Under the pieces are notes generated by a model. That model saw only the letters and a list, made by a program, of their open reading frames with translations. It had not been told where the DNA came from and ran no database searches. Source: Gemmatimonadales bacterium (GTDB lineage Bacteria; Gemmatimonadota; Gemmatimonadetes; Gemmatimonadales; GWC2-71-9). Taken from it: a stretch of 64,000 nucleotides of DNA. Below are positions 19,108 to 28,049 of the stretch, piece after piece (positions within the stretch are counted from its first letter, which is position 1; the number at the start of each line of letters is the position of its first letter). The translations under genes were made by a program, and so were the position numbers. The stretch is taken from NCBI GenBank assembly GCA_036558345.1, contig DATBFV010000098.1:11513-75512 (forward strand). Direction: 5' to 3'.

Positions 19108-20835
19108 ATGCAGAACGCCGAAATCGCCCGTCTGCTCGGCGACGTCGCGGATCTCCTCGAGATCTCGGACGGCAATCCATTCAAGGTCCGCGCGTACCGC
19201 AATGCCGCGCGTACGGTTGCCGACCATCCCGATCCCATCGCCGAGCTGGTTTCCGGCGGCGCGTTCGATCTGACCGAGCTGCCGGGCATCGGCGGGGGAA
19301 TCGCGAAGGAAATCACGGCGCTCGTCGAGACGGGCACCCTGCCCCAACGCCAGCAACTGGTCGCCGCGATCCCGCCCGGCCTCCTCGATCTGCTCAAGAT
19401 TCCGGGGCTCGGACCAAAGCGCGTGAAGCTTTTTCATGACGAGCTGAAGGTGAACAGTGTGGCCGATCTCAAGGCGGCGCTCGACGCCGGCAAGATCGCC
19501 ACCCTTCCTGGATTTGGCCCGAAGCTGCTCGAAAAGATTCGGGAGGGCGTAGCGGCGGCCGCGAGCGGTGACGGCCAGAAGCGGATCGTGCTGCACGAGG
19601 CAGAGCAATACGCCCGCGCCATCGTCGAGTACCTGAAGGCCGGCGGTGACATCGCCGAGATCGACGTCGCCGGAAGCTTCCGCCGCCGCAAGGAGACGAT
19701 CGGCGACCTGGACATCGTCGTCACGTCATCGAAACCGGCGGCCGTGATTCAACGGTTCGGCAAGTTCGGCGAGGTCACGCACGTCGCGGCCCAGGGTGAC
19801 ACCCGCTCCACCGTACGGCTCACGAGTGGCCTGCAGGTGGACCTGCGGGTGGTCGAGCCGGCCAGCTTCGGCGCCGCGATGCAGTACTTCACGGGCTCGC
19901 AGGCGCACAACATCGAGCTGCGCAAGATCGCGCAGGCCAAGAAGCTCAAGCTGAACGAGTACGGCGTGTTCCGCGGCTCGAAACGCGTTTCGGGCCGCGC
20001 CGAGCGCGACGTCTATGCCGCACTCGGCCTCGACTGGATTCCACCGGAGCTGCGCGAGAATCGCGGCGAGATCGCGCTCGCCAAGGCGCACAAACTCCCC
20101 GCGTTGGTCACGCTCGAGAACATCCGCGGCGACCTGCAGATGCACACCGACGCGAGCGACGGCAAGGCCACGCTCGCCGAGATGGTAGACGCCGCGCGCG
20201 CGCTTCGTTACGAGTACATCGCGATCACCGACCATTCGCCGCGCACATCCATGGCCGGTCAATCGCCCGAGGAAATTCGCGCACAATGGAAAGCGATCGA
20301 CAAGCTCAACAAGGGGACGCGCGGCTTCCGCGTCTTGAAAAGCGTCGAGATGGACATCCTCGAGAGCGGCAAGCTGGACCTGCCCGACGACCTGCTGGCC
20401 GAGGCCGATTACGTCGTGGCGACGATCCATTACGGCCTCAAGCAGACTGAACGGCAGATCACCGATCGACTGCTTGGCGCCATCGAGAATCGCTGGGTGG
20501 ATGCGATCGGCCATCCCACGGGACGGATCGTGCCGGTGCGGCCGTCCTATCTGCTCGACTTCGACGTCGTGGCAAAGGCCGCGGCCCGCGCGAAATGCCT
20601 GCTCGAGATCAATGGCAGCGAGCGCATGGATCTTCCCGATACCCTCGCCGCGGCAGCGAAATCGCACGGCGTGCGCTTCGTGCTTTCGACGGATGCGCAC
20701 AATGTCCGCGAGCTTGGCTTCATGAAGTTTGCGGTGGCGGTGGCGCGGCGGGCGGGACTCGAGGCGGCCGACGTCGCCAACACGCGGCCGCTCGCGGAAT
20801 TTCTGAAAGGGCTACGTCGCAGCCGAAACCGTTAG
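19108..20835 (+). CDS. polX: family X DNA polymerase with C-terminal PHP phosphoesterase domain
   Basis: MQNAEIARLLGDVADLLEISDGNPFKVRAYRNAAR (HhH). GSFRRRKETIGDLDIVV (nucleotidyltransferase DxD). PHP motifs LQMHTDASDG, ITDHS, VATIHYG, GHPTGR, LSTDAH. Start chosen at ATG 19108; the track start at 18946 overlaps the divergent receptor gene. Confidence 0.85.
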   Translation: MQNAEIARLLGDVADLLEISDGNPFKVRAYRNAARTVADHPDPIAELVSGGAFDLTELPGIGGGIAKEITALVETGTLPQRQQLVAAIPPGLLDLLKIPGLGPKRVKLFHDELKVNSVADLKAALDAGKIATLPGFGPKLLEKIREGVAAAASGDGQKRIVLHEAEQYARAIVEYLKAGGDIAEIDVAGSFRRRKETIGDLDIVVTSSKPAAVIQRFGKFGEVTHVAAQGDTRSTVRLTSGLQVDLRVVEPASFGAAMQYFTGSQAHNIELRKIAQAKKLKLNEYGVFRGSKRVSGRAERDVYAALGLDWIPPELRENRGEIALAKAHKLPALVTLENIRGDLQMHTDASDGKATLAEMVDAARALRYEYIAITDHSPRTSMAGQSPEEIRAQWKAIDKLNKGTRGFRVLKSVEMDILESGKLDLPDDLLAEADYVVATIHYGLKQTERQITDRLLGAIENRWVDAIGHPTGRIVPVRPSYLLDFDVVAKAAARAKCLLEINGSERMDLPDTLAAAAKSHGVRFVLSTDAHNVRELGFMKFAVAVARRAGLEAADVANTRPLAEFLKGLRRSRNR

Positions 20836-21453
20836 TAGCTCGATCTGGGCGACGGGCTCGAAGCTGTAGCGGTGATGCCGCGTAGGACCGAGCCGCTGGA
20901 TCGCGTCGAGGTGCTCGGGCGTGGCGTAGCCTTTGTTCGTTTCCCAGAAATAGCCTGGATGACGTGCGGCGAGCCGGTCCATCAGCGCGTCGCGCAAGAC
21001 CTTCGCGATAATCGAGGCGGCGGCGATCGAGTGACATTTCGCGTCGCCGTCGACGATCGCTTCGTGCGCGCAGCCGAGCTCGGGACAGGGCAGACCGTCG
21101 ACCAGCACGTGCGCGGGCTCACAGCCCAGGCGACGCAGCGCCCGTTCCATGGCCAGGATCGAAGCGCGCCGAATGTTCATCCGATCGATCTCCCGCACGC
21201 TGGCGGCGCCGATCGCCACGGCAACGGCCCGTTCGCGGATCTTCGGCACGAACCTCTGGCGCTGCAGGGCCGTCAAGACCTTTGAGTCGTCGAGTCCGCG
21301 GATGGGCTTCGCGCCCATCGGAAACACGACGGCCGCGGCGACCACTGGACCAGCCAGGGGGCCGCGGCCGACTTCATCGATTCCGGCGACGATGCTGCAA
21401 CCTTCACTCCACAACGCCGCCTCGCGTTTCAGCGATGGGCGGCGCTTGCTCAC
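20812..21453 (-). CDS. rnhB: ribonuclease HII
   Basis: [22 protein letters not shown]...DSKVL...[10 protein letters not shown]. 213 aa. Confidence 0.92.
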   Translation of the reverse strand: MSKRRPSLKREAALWSEGCSIVAGIDEVGRGPLAGPVVAAAVVFPMGAKPIRGLDDSKVLTALQRQRFVPKIRERAVAVAIGAASVREIDRMNIRRASILAMERALRRLGCEPAHVLVDGLPCPELGCAHEAIVDGDAKCHSIAAASIIAKVLRDALMDRLAARHPGYFWETNKGYATPEHLDAIQRLGPTRHHRYSFEPVAQIELLTVSAAT

Positions 21454-21863
21454 GCCGGCGCCTGCTCCTGTTCCGACGACCCGGCGCCCGGCACGCTGAG
21501 CTCCTGTCCGGCGCCGCGCTTCTCGCGAATCCGGGCCGCCTTGCCGGCGAGCCGGCGGAGGAAGTACAGCTTGGCGCGGCGCACGCGGCCTTTGCGCATC
21601 AGTCCGATCTCGGCGATCGACGGCGCGTGCAGCGGAAAGATCCGCTCGACGCCGACGCCCGCGGAAATCTTGCGCACCGTAAACGTCTCATTGACCCCGC
21701 CACCGCGGCGGGCGATGCAAATCCCCTCGAACGCCTGGAGGCGCTCTTTTTCCCCTTCGCGCACGCGCACCATGACGCGCACCGTGTCCCCAGGAGCAAA
21801 GGCGGGAATGTCAGCCCGCAGGTTCTCCTTGACGACGTCCTCTAAGAATCGTGCCTTTGCCAT
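21450..21863 (-). CDS. rplS: 50S ribosomal protein L19
   Basis: [68 protein letters not shown]. It has a basic C-terminal tail. Confidence 0.95.
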   Translation of the reverse strand: MAKARFLEDVVKENLRADIPAFAPGDTVRVMVRVREGEKERLQAFEGICIARRGGGVNETFTVRKISAGVGVERIFPLHAPSIAEIGLMRKGRVRRAKLYFLRRLAGKAARIREKRGAGQELSVPGAGSSEQEQAPA

Positions 21864-22525
21864 AAATCCGGTCTCCGTTCGCGCGTGAGGCGCTCGGCCT
21901 CAGCCTCCCGCCATGCCGCAATCTTGTCGTGATCGCCACCCAACAATACTTCCGGGACGTCGTGCCCGCGATAGCTGGGCGGCCGCGTATAGCTCGGCGG
22001 CGCCAGCAGACCTTCATAATGCGAATCGGTCGAAGCCGATTCGTGATCTCCCAGTGCGCCGGGCAGCAGCCGAACGACTGCATCGATAATACACAGGGCC
22101 GCCGGCTCACCGCCCGACAACACGAAATCACCGATCGATACTTCTTCCGCATCCAGCACGTCGACGACACGCTGATCGACGTCTTTGTAGTGCCCGCACA
22201 ACAACGTCAGCTCTCGGCCCAGCGAGTATCGAACCGCGCTATCGTGCGTAAACGGTTTTCCGCGCGCCGACAGCAGCACGATGGGACCCTCGGAGACCTC
22301 GAGATCCTCGACCGCCTCGACTATCGGCTCCACCTTCAGCACCATCCCGGCACCGCCCCCATAGGGAGCATCGTCCACCGTCTGGTGCTTGTCGTGCGCA
22401 TAGCCACGCAGCTGCACGACGCGGTACTGCGCGATGCCGGCTTTCTGTGCCCGTCCCAGAATGCTGCTCGACAGCGGCGCGCTGAACCAATCCGGAAACA
22501 ACGTCACCACGTTGATGCGCAGCAT
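21842..22525 (-). CDS. trmD: tRNA (guanine37-N1)-methyltransferase
   Basis: [30 protein letters not shown]...[17 protein letters not shown]...[13 protein letters not shown]...[29 protein letters not shown]. Confidence 0.95.
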   Translation of the reverse strand: MLRINVVTLFPDWFSAPLSSSILGRAQKAGIAQYRVVQLRGYAHDKHQTVDDAPYGGGAGMVLKVEPIVEAVEDLEVSEGPIVLLSARGKPFTHDSAVRYSLGRELTLLCGHYKDVDQRVVDVLDAEEVSIGDFVLSGGEPAALCIIDAVVRLLPGALGDHESASTDSHYEGLLAPPSYTRPPSYRGHDVPEVLLGGDHDKIAAWREAEAERLTRERRPDLWQRHDS

Positions 22526-22527
22526 CG

Positions 22528-22737
22528 CTACTCATCCACCGCCACGAGCTGATCGCGCCATTCGTCCACCGCCGCTCGCGATGTCACGCCTTCGAACCCG
22601 AGCAGCCACTCGCGGTGGTAGGAGCGGCGCCGCGCCACGACCAGCGGTCCCGCGAGCACACTGCGATCCTCGCTCAGGACATAGAGTCGCGCCTTCGGCA
22701 CGAACACCGTCCCGACATTTTCGATCAGCGGGATCAC
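22528..22737 (-). CDS. rimM: 16S rRNA processing protein RimM, N-terminal domain only; true start probably upstream and non-canonical
   Basis: It sits between rpsP and trmD as rimM normally does. The same frame upstream of the GTG at 22737 stays open and reads KIAHRVVGRLRKPHGQQGEVAV (22800-22738). That is the conserved RimM N-terminal GR...HG..GE motif, yet no ATG/GTG/TTG lies there. The protein stops 2 nt before trmD, leaving no room for the PRC-barrel half. Confidence 0.6.
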   Translation of the reverse strand: MIPLIENVGTVFVPKARLYVLSEDRSVLAGPLVVARRRSYHREWLLGFEGVTSRAAVDEWRDQLVAVDE

Positions 22738-22781
22738 CGCTACCTCGCCTTGCTGGCCGTGCGGCTTGCGCAGCCGCCCGA

Positions 22782-23042
22782 CTACGCGGTGGGCGATTTT
22801 CCGAGTACGCCCGCCTTCTTGAGGAGCGAACGCACCGTGTCGGTGGGCATCGCGCCTTTGTCCAGCCAGGCCCGCGCCTGCTCGGCGTTCACTTCGATTA
22901 CCGCGGGCTTCGCGCGCGGATTGTAATTCCCGATCGCCGCCACAAACCGTCCGTCGCGCGGCGACTTGGAGTCCGCGACGACGATGCGAAAGTACGCTTG
23001 TCCCTTCCGTCCCTCGCGGCGCAGCCGAATACGAGTTGCCAT
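22782..23042 (-). CDS. rpsP: 30S ribosomal protein S16
   Basis: MATRIRLRREGRKGQAYFRIVVADSKSPRDGRFVAAIGNYNP. 86 aa. Confidence 0.95.
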   Translation of the reverse strand: MATRIRLRREGRKGQAYFRIVVADSKSPRDGRFVAAIGNYNPRAKPAVIEVNAEQARAWLDKGAMPTDTVRSLLKKAGVLGKSPTA

Positions 23043-23048
23043 AGTGCC

Positions 23049-24350
23049 TTACATCCTCTTTAGGAACTTGCCCATCTTGCGCATCTGCTGGAACTGTTCC
23101 AGCAGGCGATTCACTTCCTGGACCGGCCGTCCCGAACCCTTCGCGATCCGCAGCTTGCGATTGCCGTTCAACAGACTGGGATCGGCGCGCTCCGCCGGCG
23201 TCATCGACAGTACGATCGCCTCGACATGCTTCAGACGTTTGTCGTCCATCGACACGCCTTGGAGCGCTTTCGCGTTGATCCCCGGCAACAACCCCAGCAC
23301 CTGCTTCAGCGGACCCATGTTCTGCATCTGCTTCAGGGCGACCAGAAAATCCTGCAGGTCCATGCCCTTTTTCGACTTCACCTTCTGCTCGAGCCGCTTC
23401 GCGGCGTCCGCGTCGATCGTCGCGGTCGCCTTTTCGACCAGCGCGACGACGTCGCCCTGTCCAAGGATCCGTCCCGCCATCCGGCCGGGGTCGAACGGCT
23501 CGAGCGCGTCGGTTTTCTCACCGACGCCGATGTACTTGATCGGCACGCCGGTCACGCCGTGAATCGACAGCGCCGCGCCGCCGCGGGCATCGCCGTCGAG
23601 CTTCGTCAGGATCACGCCCGTCAGCCCGACGCCGTCCTGAAAGCCGCGCGCGATCTTTACCGCATCCTGCCCCGTCATGCCGTCCGCGACGAGCAAGACT
23701 TCCTTTGGCGGCACCGCCGCCTTCAGCGCCTTCAGCTCGTCCATCATCTCGGCGTCGATCTGCAGCCGGCCCGCGGTATCGACAATGACCGTCCGCGCGC
23801 GTTCGGACTCGGCTTCACGCAACGCCTTCTTCACGAGCGCCGGAACGTCCTTCTCCCCTCCCCCTTCGGCCGGGAGAACCGGCACTCCCACCTGCTGCCC
23901 GAGCTGCCGTAACTGCTCGGTCGCGGCCGGGCGATAAATGTCGGCCGCCACGAGCGCGGGCGCTTTCTGCTCCAGTTTGAGACGCCTCGCGAGCTTCGCC
24001 GCGGTGGTGGTCTTCCCCGATCCCTGTAACCCGACGAGCAGAACGACCGTCGGGCCTACGGAGGCGAAGTCGAGGCCCGCTTTGGTACCGCCAAGCAGCG
24101 CCGCGATTTCGTCATGGACCAGCTTGACGACTTGCTGGCCGGGACTGACGGACTTGACCTGCAGCGCTCCAACCGCCCGCTCGCGCACGCGCTCGACGAA
24201 CCCGCGTGTGACCTCGAAACTCACATCCGCCTCGAGCAGGTGGCGGCGAATCTCGCGCAGCGCGTCGGTAACGTCGCTTTCCGAGAGCACCCCGCGACCT
24301 CTGAGCCGGTTCAATACCCCGGTCAGCTGCTCGGAAAGGGCCGTAAACAT
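23049..24350 (-). CDS. ffh: signal recognition particle protein Ffh
   Basis: N domain, then the G domain (LLVGLQGSGKTTTAAKLA, DTAGRL, TKLDGDARGG), then a Met-rich M domain (LKQMQNMGPLKQVLGLLPG...). 433 aa. Confidence 0.96.
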   Translation of the reverse strand: MFTALSEQLTGVLNRLRGRGVLSESDVTDALREIRRHLLEADVSFEVTRGFVERVRERAVGALQVKSVSPGQQVVKLVHDEIAALLGGTKAGLDFASVGPTVVLLVGLQGSGKTTTAAKLARRLKLEQKAPALVAADIYRPAATEQLRQLGQQVGVPVLPAEGGGEKDVPALVKKALREAESERARTVIVDTAGRLQIDAEMMDELKALKAAVPPKEVLLVADGMTGQDAVKIARGFQDGVGLTGVILTKLDGDARGGAALSIHGVTGVPIKYIGVGEKTDALEPFDPGRMAGRILGQGDVVALVEKATATIDADAAKRLEQKVKSKKGMDLQDFLVALKQMQNMGPLKQVLGLLPGINAKALQGVSMDDKRLKHVEAIVLSMTPAERADPSLLNGNRKLRIAKGSGRPVQEVNRLLEQFQQMRKMGKFLKRM

Positions 24351-24366
24351 AAGCGTAGCAAGCTAA

Positions 24367-25701
24367 ATGGCGAGTCGCCCTAAACCAAGTGGGCCGCTTA
24401 TCTTCGCCTCTGTGACTCAGCTAGCGCCTCAGCCTACGCCTCAGTGGGAACGGCCGGACGATGCCGAGCGCCAGGCTCGTCTTGTCGCGATGAAGTGGCG
24501 GGCGACCGCGCTGTTGGGCGTCGCGCTCCTCGTATTCATAGCGGCAAGGATTTACGAGCCACTGTACCCCTGGCTGGGGTATGTCCGCGCGATGGCGGAG
24601 GCGTCTCTGGTTGGGGGTCTCGCCGACTGGTTCGCGGTGACCGCACTGTTCAGGCATCCCCTCGGCTTGCCGATTCCCCACACCGCGATCGTCGCCACGC
24701 GCAAAGAGCGCATCGGGCAGATCCTCGGCAACTTCGTACAGAACCATTTCTTGTCGCGAGAGGTCATCGCCGCGAACCTGCGGCGCGTGCATCCGGCCGA
24801 GCGGGCGTCGCAGTGGCTCGCCGATCGCAAACATGCGCACCAGATCTCCCGGCAGTTCGCCAGTGGTTTGGTGAAAACGCTGGACGGCTTGCCTCCAAAC
24901 GAGCTGCAGGACCTCCTGAGCCAGGTCGTACGAAACCGCGTCCGCACGATCCAAGTCGCGCCCGCCCTGGGCAAGACCCTGGCACTCGCGCTCGCCGACA
25001 ACCGGCAGGAAGAACTCCTCAATGCGACCGTGCGGCTTGCCGCGGAAGCGGTTCGAAACAATCGCGACTTGATTCGCGAGCGCGTGCGGCAGGAGACGCC
25101 GTGGTGGGTGCCGCCCGTACTCGACGACAAGATCTACCAGAAGATCATCGTCGCCGTCGAACGGCTGCTCCAGGATATGGTGATGGATCCGGCGCATCCG
25201 TTGCGCAACGCCTTCGACAAGGCGATCAACGATTTCATCGAGCGGCTGCAACATTCGCCTGAGGTGATCGCGCGCGCCGAGGCGCTCAAGGACGAGTGGC
25301 TGATGGGCGCGCAGACCGATGAGCTGGCGCGGAAGCTGTGGGAGGGCGTGCGACAGGCGATCGAGAAATACGCGACCAAGACGGATGGGGGGAGTGGCGC
25401 GAGTCCCAATCCACTCGACAGCGGCCTCGCGGAATTCGGCGTCGCGCTGTTGTCGAATCCCACGCTGCTGGCCGATATCGATGATCTGCTGATCGACGTC
25501 ACGGCCGGCGTCGTCGAGCGCTACCGACGCGAGATCGGCGATCTCATCGCGCAGACGGTGGCGAGCTGGGATGCAGGCGCGACGTCACGGCGGTTCGAGC
25601 TGGCGGTGGGACGAGACCTGCAGTTTGTCCGGATCAACGGCACGCTGGTGGGCGGGTTGGTTGGCTTGCTGATCTACACGATTACTCGTTTCCTCCGCTG
25701 A
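24367..25701 (+). CDS. DUF445-family membrane protein
   Basis: N-terminal TM segment, then EASLVGGLADWFAVTALFRHPLGLPIPHTAIV (the DUF445 hallmark as I recall it). It ends with INGTLVGGLVGLLIY. Confidence 0.7.
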   Translation: MASRPKPSGPLIFASVTQLAPQPTPQWERPDDAERQARLVAMKWRATALLGVALLVFIAARIYEPLYPWLGYVRAMAEASLVGGLADWFAVTALFRHPLGLPIPHTAIVATRKERIGQILGNFVQNHFLSREVIAANLRRVHPAERASQWLADRKHAHQISRQFASGLVKTLDGLPPNELQDLLSQVVRNRVRTIQVAPALGKTLALALADNRQEELLNATVRLAAEAVRNNRDLIRERVRQETPWWVPPVLDDKIYQKIIVAVERLLQDMVMDPAHPLRNAFDKAINDFIERLQHSPEVIARAEALKDEWLMGAQTDELARKLWEGVRQAIEKYATKTDGGSGASPNPLDSGLAEFGVALLSNPTLLADIDDLLIDVTAGVVERYRREIGDLIAQTVASWDAGATSRRFELAVGRDLQFVRINGTLVGGLVGLLIYTITRFLR

Positions 25702-26908
25702 GCTTCACGGTCGGAATAGCGGACCAGCCTTTCCAGTTCGCCGGCGCATCGACGAGACGGACCACGGGTCTGCCGTCGACCACAAGCTGCTTCACGTCGG
25801 CCCGCCGGCCCGCTGGCCCGCCGGCACGGCGCTTCGCCCACGCTCGTTGCAGTCCCGCAGCAAATCGGTTCGCGGCGGCCTGGTCGTCCCACACGCTGTA
25901 CCACACGAGCACGTCGCTCTTGGGCCCGAGGACCTCGTAGCGGTCACCGTCCCATCCGCTGGCCAGCGTCGCCGCCTCCGTCTCTTCTCCTAACAACTGT
26001 TGAAACAAGAGGCGCGTCTCGTACTCCCCCAGATTGTCTTCCCACTGCACGGTGTCTGCCCGGGTGACGAATCGCAGCTCGGTTGGCTCATCGTGCAGCC
26101 CATACTTCTCGGGATGCAGGATCTGCTCCGTCGACCGCGGCATCGAATCGAGGACTGAGACGCCGAAGTACTTGTGCCGGAACCAGACGATAAAGTCGGC
26201 GCCCCCGAGGTAGGGGAAGATCAGGCCTTCGCGAATCCACAGCGGGGCGTGCGCGAATTGCTTCATCTGGTCTTGCTGCGCCGCCATTGCCGAGCGCTGA
26301 TTCCAGAACCAGCCGAGCGGCAGAGTATCGGGCTTCTGTTCCGGCATGAGGACGGGGATCTGCGCGACCGTCGCCTGGCCCTCGAGGATCGCCTGTGCGG
26401 CGGAGCGGCGGTCGTTCGCGTGCCGCTGGTTGATGATGGAATCGAGGCGGACGTACTGATCCTGCAGCGCATGTACCAGCTCGTGCGATACGACGATGCG
26501 CAGCTGAAACGGCTCGATGTCGGCGGGGATGTACAGCGCGTTGGAGTCGGGATCGTAGTAGCCCGCCACCTGCTCGGTCAGCACGTCGATCATCGTCGGC
26601 CGGAGCTCGAGCGAATCGGGGATCAAGCCGAAGAGCCGCAGCGCCGACTGCAAGCCCCCGAGCTCGGCCGGTGGCAGATCCTCGTCGAACTTGTGGATCA
26701 GATAGTCGCGCACCTGCTGGCGGGACCGACGCAACACCACGGGTTCGGTCTTGAAGCGCAGGCCTGTGGTTTGGGCGACAGGGGCCATCATGCGATGCAC
26801 CATATCCTTCAAATCGGCCTCGCCCTGCACCGCCTGCGCGCGTTCGCGGCACGCCAGCGTCAACGCCGCGACGACTGCACAGGCGACGAACCGTGTCAAC
26901 CGGCCCAC
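25682..26908 (-). CDS. putative secreted/lipoprotein zinc metalloprotease (HExxH, gluzincin-like)
   Basis: Signal/lipobox-like N-terminus MGRLTRFVACAVVAALTLAC. HExxH in VVSHELVHALQDQY, with a downstream Glu in AQAILEGQA. Family not recognised with confidence. Confidence 0.55.
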   Translation of the reverse strand: MGRLTRFVACAVVAALTLACRERAQAVQGEADLKDMVHRMMAPVAQTTGLRFKTEPVVLRRSRQQVRDYLIHKFDEDLPPAELGGLQSALRLFGLIPDSLELRPTMIDVLTEQVAGYYDPDSNALYIPADIEPFQLRIVVSHELVHALQDQYVRLDSIINQRHANDRRSAAQAILEGQATVAQIPVLMPEQKPDTLPLGWFWNQRSAMAAQQDQMKQFAHAPLWIREGLIFPYLGGADFIVWFRHKYFGVSVLDSMPRSTEQILHPEKYGLHDEPTELRFVTRADTVQWEDNLGEYETRLLFQQLLGEETEAATLASGWDGDRYEVLGPKSDVLVWYSVWDDQAAANRFAAGLQRAWAKRRAGGPAGRRADVKQLVVDGRPVVRLVDAPANWKGWSAIPTVKLSGGNE

Positions 26909-28044
26909 TCGATCCCTTTACCGGCGGCGAGCCCCACGACCCGTGCGATGTCTTTCCCTGACACGACCAGCCCCTGACGCTCGAGTTCGGCGCGCAGGCG
27001 CCGGTCGAGATCGTCGCGTTGCTCTTCGAGCGGCGGAGGTCGCCGGACGTCGCCGGAGGGCGCCGCAGGTTGTTCCTCCGTCGTCTTCCGGCGTCCCTCG
27101 CCGCCTCCCAGGAGACTCTCAATCTCCTCACCGAATCTCTGCAACACCGTGGCGAGATCCGGCACCGGCTCTTCGGGCCTGGGCTCGTCCTCACTCACGC
27201 CCCGCCGCATCGCCGCTTCGACTTTTTTCCGGTCGCGGATCAGCCGGTCGAGCTCGGGCGAGACCTGGGCAGTCGCCTGCGCATGCGCGCACGCCTCGTC
27301 GAGGACGTCGATCGCCTTGTCGGGTCGCGCGCGCTCGGGGACGAAGCGGTCGGTGAGAACGATCGCCGCCTTCAGGGCGTCGTCCGAAATCGCCACGGCG
27401 TGGTGGCGTTCGAGCCGCGGACGCCGCGCGACGAGCACTTCCCAGGTCTGGATCGCATCGAGCTCGTCGATGGTCACCGGCTGGAAGCGCCGCTCGAGAG
27501 CGGGATCGCTTTTGACCCACTTGTTGTACTCCTCACCCGTCGTCGCGCCGATCACGCGGATGTCGCCCCGCACCAGCGCGGGTTTCAGCATGTTGGCGGC
27601 ATCCATGGCTGCACCCATCGCCGTACCTTGACCGATGAGATTGTGGAGCTCATCGACGAACAGGATGAGATTGCGGTCCGCCTGCAGCGCCTGCACGAGG
27701 CGGCGAATGCGCTCCTCGTACTGCCCGCGGAAGGAGGTGCCGGCGAGCATCGAGACATGATCGAGGCCGAGGATACGGGCATCCTTGAGGGCGGGTGGGA
27801 CGTCACCTGAGGCGATGCGCTGCGCGAGTCCCTCGACGATCGCCGTCTTCCCGACGCCTGCCTTGCCCACGAGCGCGGCGTTGTTCTTTCCCTGTCGCAG
27901 CAGGATATCGACAACGCGCGCGATTTCGCTGCTGCGGCACCGCACCGGCTCGAGATCGCCGCGGCGCGCCTGCGCCGTGATGTCGATCCCTACCCGCTCG
28001 AGCACGTCGCCCGAATCAAACAGTCCTTCGAACGGATTGCCCAT
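26896..28044 (-). CDS. Clp/Hsp100-type AAA+ ATPase consisting of a single D1 module
   Basis: GIDITAQARRGDLEPVRCRSSEIARVVDILLRQGKNNAALVGKAGVGKTAIVEGLAQRIASGDVP (Walker A). LILFVDELHNLIG (Walker B). IRVIGATT..EY....DPALERRFQPV (sensor/Arg finger). 382 aa, with no Clp_N domain and no second AAA module. The C-terminal VSGKDIARVVGLAAGKGIEW resembles the segment that begins D2 in ClpB/ClpC. Confidence 0.8.
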   Translation of the reverse strand: MGNPFEGLFDSGDVLERVGIDITAQARRGDLEPVRCRSSEIARVVDILLRQGKNNAALVGKAGVGKTAIVEGLAQRIASGDVPPALKDARILGLDHVSMLAGTSFRGQYEERIRRLVQALQADRNLILFVDELHNLIGQGTAMGAAMDAANMLKPALVRGDIRVIGATTGEEYNKWVKSDPALERRFQPVTIDELDAIQTWEVLVARRPRLERHHAVAISDDALKAAIVLTDRFVPERARPDKAIDVLDEACAHAQATAQVSPELDRLIRDRKKVEAAMRRGVSEDEPRPEEPVPDLATVLQRFGEEIESLLGGGEGRRKTTEEQPAAPSGDVRRPPPLEEQRDDLDRRLRAELERQGLVVSGKDIARVVGLAAGKGIEWAG

Positions 28045-28049
28045 GTCTG

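Noticed and set aside
19726-20700. 324-aa ORF antisense to polX
   Set aside because: Shadow ORF inside a gene with clear PolX/PHP motifs. The sequence is low-complexity.
26088-27194. 368-aa ORF spanning the AAA+/HExxH gene junction in another frame
   Set aside because: It is extremely Arg/Pro/Ala-rich with no motifs. The two annotated frames carry the Walker and HExxH motifs.
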